Origin: an uncultured Chloroflexia bacterium
GTDB lineage: Bacteria; Chloroflexota; Chloroflexia; QHBQ01; JADMIH01
DNA length: 64,000 nt
Assembly: GCA_963797095.1 (NCBI GenBank)
Contig: CAWCNY010000002.1
Span: forward strand, 320,001 to 384,000
Reading direction: 5' to 3'
Under the pieces are notes generated by a model. The model was not told where the DNA came from, made no database searches, and saw only the letters and a list, made by a program, of their open reading frames with translations. This document shows positions 62,219-64,000 of this stretch, one piece after another (positions within the stretch are counted from its first letter, which is position 1; each line of letters opens with the position of its first letter). Both the position numbers and the translations under genes were made by a program.

Positions 62219-62244
62219 TACGCATATACCTGCCGAAAGTTGCG
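62219..62244 (-). promoter_or_regulatory. ECF (SigW-like) promoter
   Basis: CGCAAC-N16-CGTA on the minus strand. Confidence 0.55.
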
Positions 62245-62246
62245 CC

Positions 62247-62885
62247 CTATTCGGCCACATCTTGATCTTTGTAGAGGCCTTTTGCCTCGATATACTCTCT
62301 TACAGGCTCCGGAACCCTGTACCTGATGGAGCGCCCTTCGCGCACCCGCCTCCGTATATCGGTGGCGGATATTTCGAGCAGGGGTACGTCTACCCAATCG
62401 ATGGCGGCCGTGATGCCGGGAATCTGCGCTTCCAGGCCCGATGTATCCGCCGCGAAGGTGGGCCTGCGCACTACCGCCAGCCGTGCCTGCGCCACTATTC
62501 GCACAGGCTCGCGCCAGCGTGGGAGGTTCATGAGCGAGTCGCTGCCGATGATGAACCACATGGCGACCTCGCCCGCGCTGCCCCACTCGCGCCGCAACTG
62601 CTCCATGCTATCGGCGGTATAGGATGGCCCTACACGGTCCACATCCACCCGCGATAACCTGAACCGGGGATTGCCCTCGATAGCCAGCCCAATCATTTGC
62701 ACGCGCTCCTCGGCTGGCGTGACGGGCTTGCTTTGCTTTAACGGCTGTAGACCGGCGGGCAAAAAGAGCACGATGTCCAGCGACAGGGCTTCGCGCGCCG
62801 TCTCCGCCATGATGAGGTGGGCTATGTGGATAGGGTCAAACGACCCGCCCATCACCCCTATTCTGGTGCCAGGCGTTCCTTTCAT
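62247..62885 (-). CDS. nadD: Nicotinate-nucleotide adenylyltransferase
   Basis: GGSFDPIHIAH, IIGSD and ISATDIR motifs. Confidence 0.95.
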   Translation of the reverse strand: MKGTPGTRIGVMGGSFDPIHIAHLIMAETAREALSLDIVLFLPAGLQPLKQSKPVTPAEERVQMIGLAIEGNPRFRLSRVDVDRVGPSYTADSMEQLRREWGSAGEVAMWFIIGSDSLMNLPRWREPVRIVAQARLAVVRRPTFAADTSGLEAQIPGITAAIDWVDVPLLEISATDIRRRVREGRSIRYRVPEPVREYIEAKGLYKDQDVAE

Positions 62886-63730
62886 TCGACCGCTATATCA
62901 GCGTCCGGCCATTTAGCGCGCAAAGCCGCCACCGCTCTCGATACGACCTCTGCCCGCTGGCCTGTGAGGAACCAGAACTCGGCCCGCAAACGGGCCGTCC
63001 CCTCTGCCACACCCTCCACAATCACCGTGGGTGCGGGACTCTGCGCAACCTCCTTTATTCCTGTGAGCGCCTGATTGATATCTTTTGCCATCTCCTGGAG
63101 ACCTTCCAGGTCGGTTGTCTCCAGGCTCACTTTTATGCCTGCTCGTTGCTGGGGAGATGCCGAGCGATTGGTTACGATCTCGGTCAGCATGGTGTTGTTG
63201 GGCACGACAACCTGCAAACCCTCGTCTGTTCTCAGGTGAGTGGTCCTTAGCTCGATCCCCTGCACCGCTCCGGTTACATCTTTCACGGTGATGCGATCTC
63301 CAATACTGAAAGGCTGCTCCAGCAAGATGAATATGCCCGCTACTACATTGCGCAACAGGTCCTGCAACGACAGGGAGATAGCAAGCCCCGCCACGCTCAA
63401 CACCGCTACCAGGCTGGCGAGTTCGACGCCGATGGCGGCCAGCACATTGATGATACCAAGTAGCACGATCCCGATCTGCGCCAGGTTGCCCACAAGACTG
63501 GCTACGTTCGCATTGAGCCGTTTGCCGCGCAGCAGGAGGCGCACGATCCATCGCTTGGTGGCGCTTGCCAGCACAAGCGCCACCAGCAAGATCACCAGCG
63601 CCCTGACGATATTGAACAGGATGGGTTGCAAGGGGTCGTCGGGTGCGAAGATGCCGAGGATAGCGGTCGCTGCGGGCGGTGGAGTGGGGATAGCGATGGG
63701 TAGTGGGGTAGGTGTGATGATCTGGGTCAT
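62882..63730 (-). CDS. MscS-family mechanosensitive channel
   Basis: GLAISLSLQD...N..AG....PF.IGD.I and VPN motifs. Confidence 0.9.
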   Translation of the reverse strand: MTQIITPTPLPIAIPTPPPAATAILGIFAPDDPLQPILFNIVRALVILLVALVLASATKRWIVRLLLRGKRLNANVASLVGNLAQIGIVLLGIINVLAAIGVELASLVAVLSVAGLAISLSLQDLLRNVVAGIFILLEQPFSIGDRITVKDVTGAVQGIELRTTHLRTDEGLQVVVPNNTMLTEIVTNRSASPQQRAGIKVSLETTDLEGLQEMAKDINQALTGIKEVAQSPAPTVIVEGVAEGTARLRAEFWFLTGQRAEVVSRAVAALRAKWPDADIAVE

Positions 63731-64000
63731 TTTCCGGCAATTGCCTGCAATATGGCTTGCTCCACTTCGCGAGCCTCCATCTGGTCATGCCAGGTGTAAG
63801 AGGCTTTGTGCTCGCTTCGCGTTCCGGTTGGGTCTTGTAGTGCCAGTTTCAGATTATAGAGGTTGGGCAGACTTGCCAGCCAAACCTGCCAGATGAAGAT
63901 GAACGCTATGAGATAGAGCAATAGAACTCCCGCGAGCACCACCCCGTAAAGCACACCTGTTGCGCCGCTTGCGAGCCACATAAGAAGAAACCCCAGCAGA
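63727..64000 (-). CDS. Membrane protein, C-terminal part (runs off the window edge)
   Basis: Open hydrophobic frame to the window end; stop overlaps the mscS-like start. Confidence 0.5.
   Translation of the reverse strand, partial: LLGFLLMWLASGATGVLYGVVLAGVLLLYLIAFIFIWQVWLASLPNLYNLKLALQDPTGTRSEHKASYTWHDQMEAREVEQAILQAIAGK

Overview
Chromosomal segment of a bacterium, most likely Chloroflexota. The evidence is a large-type SRP RNA, YFPETGH-repeat surface proteins, a class F sortase and an S8 protease with WSSVN repeats. It carries housekeeping genes (rfbD, greA, lysS, obgE, nadD, three tRNAs, ffs) and a surface-glycosylation cluster (polyprenol-phosphate-mannose synthase, a GT-C enzyme, two tandem YfhO-like genes). 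Highlights: (1) A 309-bp IS200/IS605-type non-autonomous element (4778-5086) interrupts a membrane-protein gene exactly after TTAC. On the minus strand it resembles an IscB/IsrB omegaRNA followed by an RBS and a 21-codon relic ORF, so it may be an orphan guide-RNA module. (2) A PspA/SPFH/DUF2207/winged-helix-Zn-ribbon membrane-stress cluster is preceded by SigW-like ECF promoters, and the same motif precedes a distant LiaF-like gene. (3) Two tandem TM-sensor-HAMP-PAS receptors lack any output domain and share an upstream motif. (4) An IS701 with 17-bp TIRs is inserted into a dispersed G/C-rich repeat. (5) Other oddities are heptamer microsatellites, tRNA-Arg(GCG) and several split or degraded genes. 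All calls come from reading the sequence by eye; no database searches were run.
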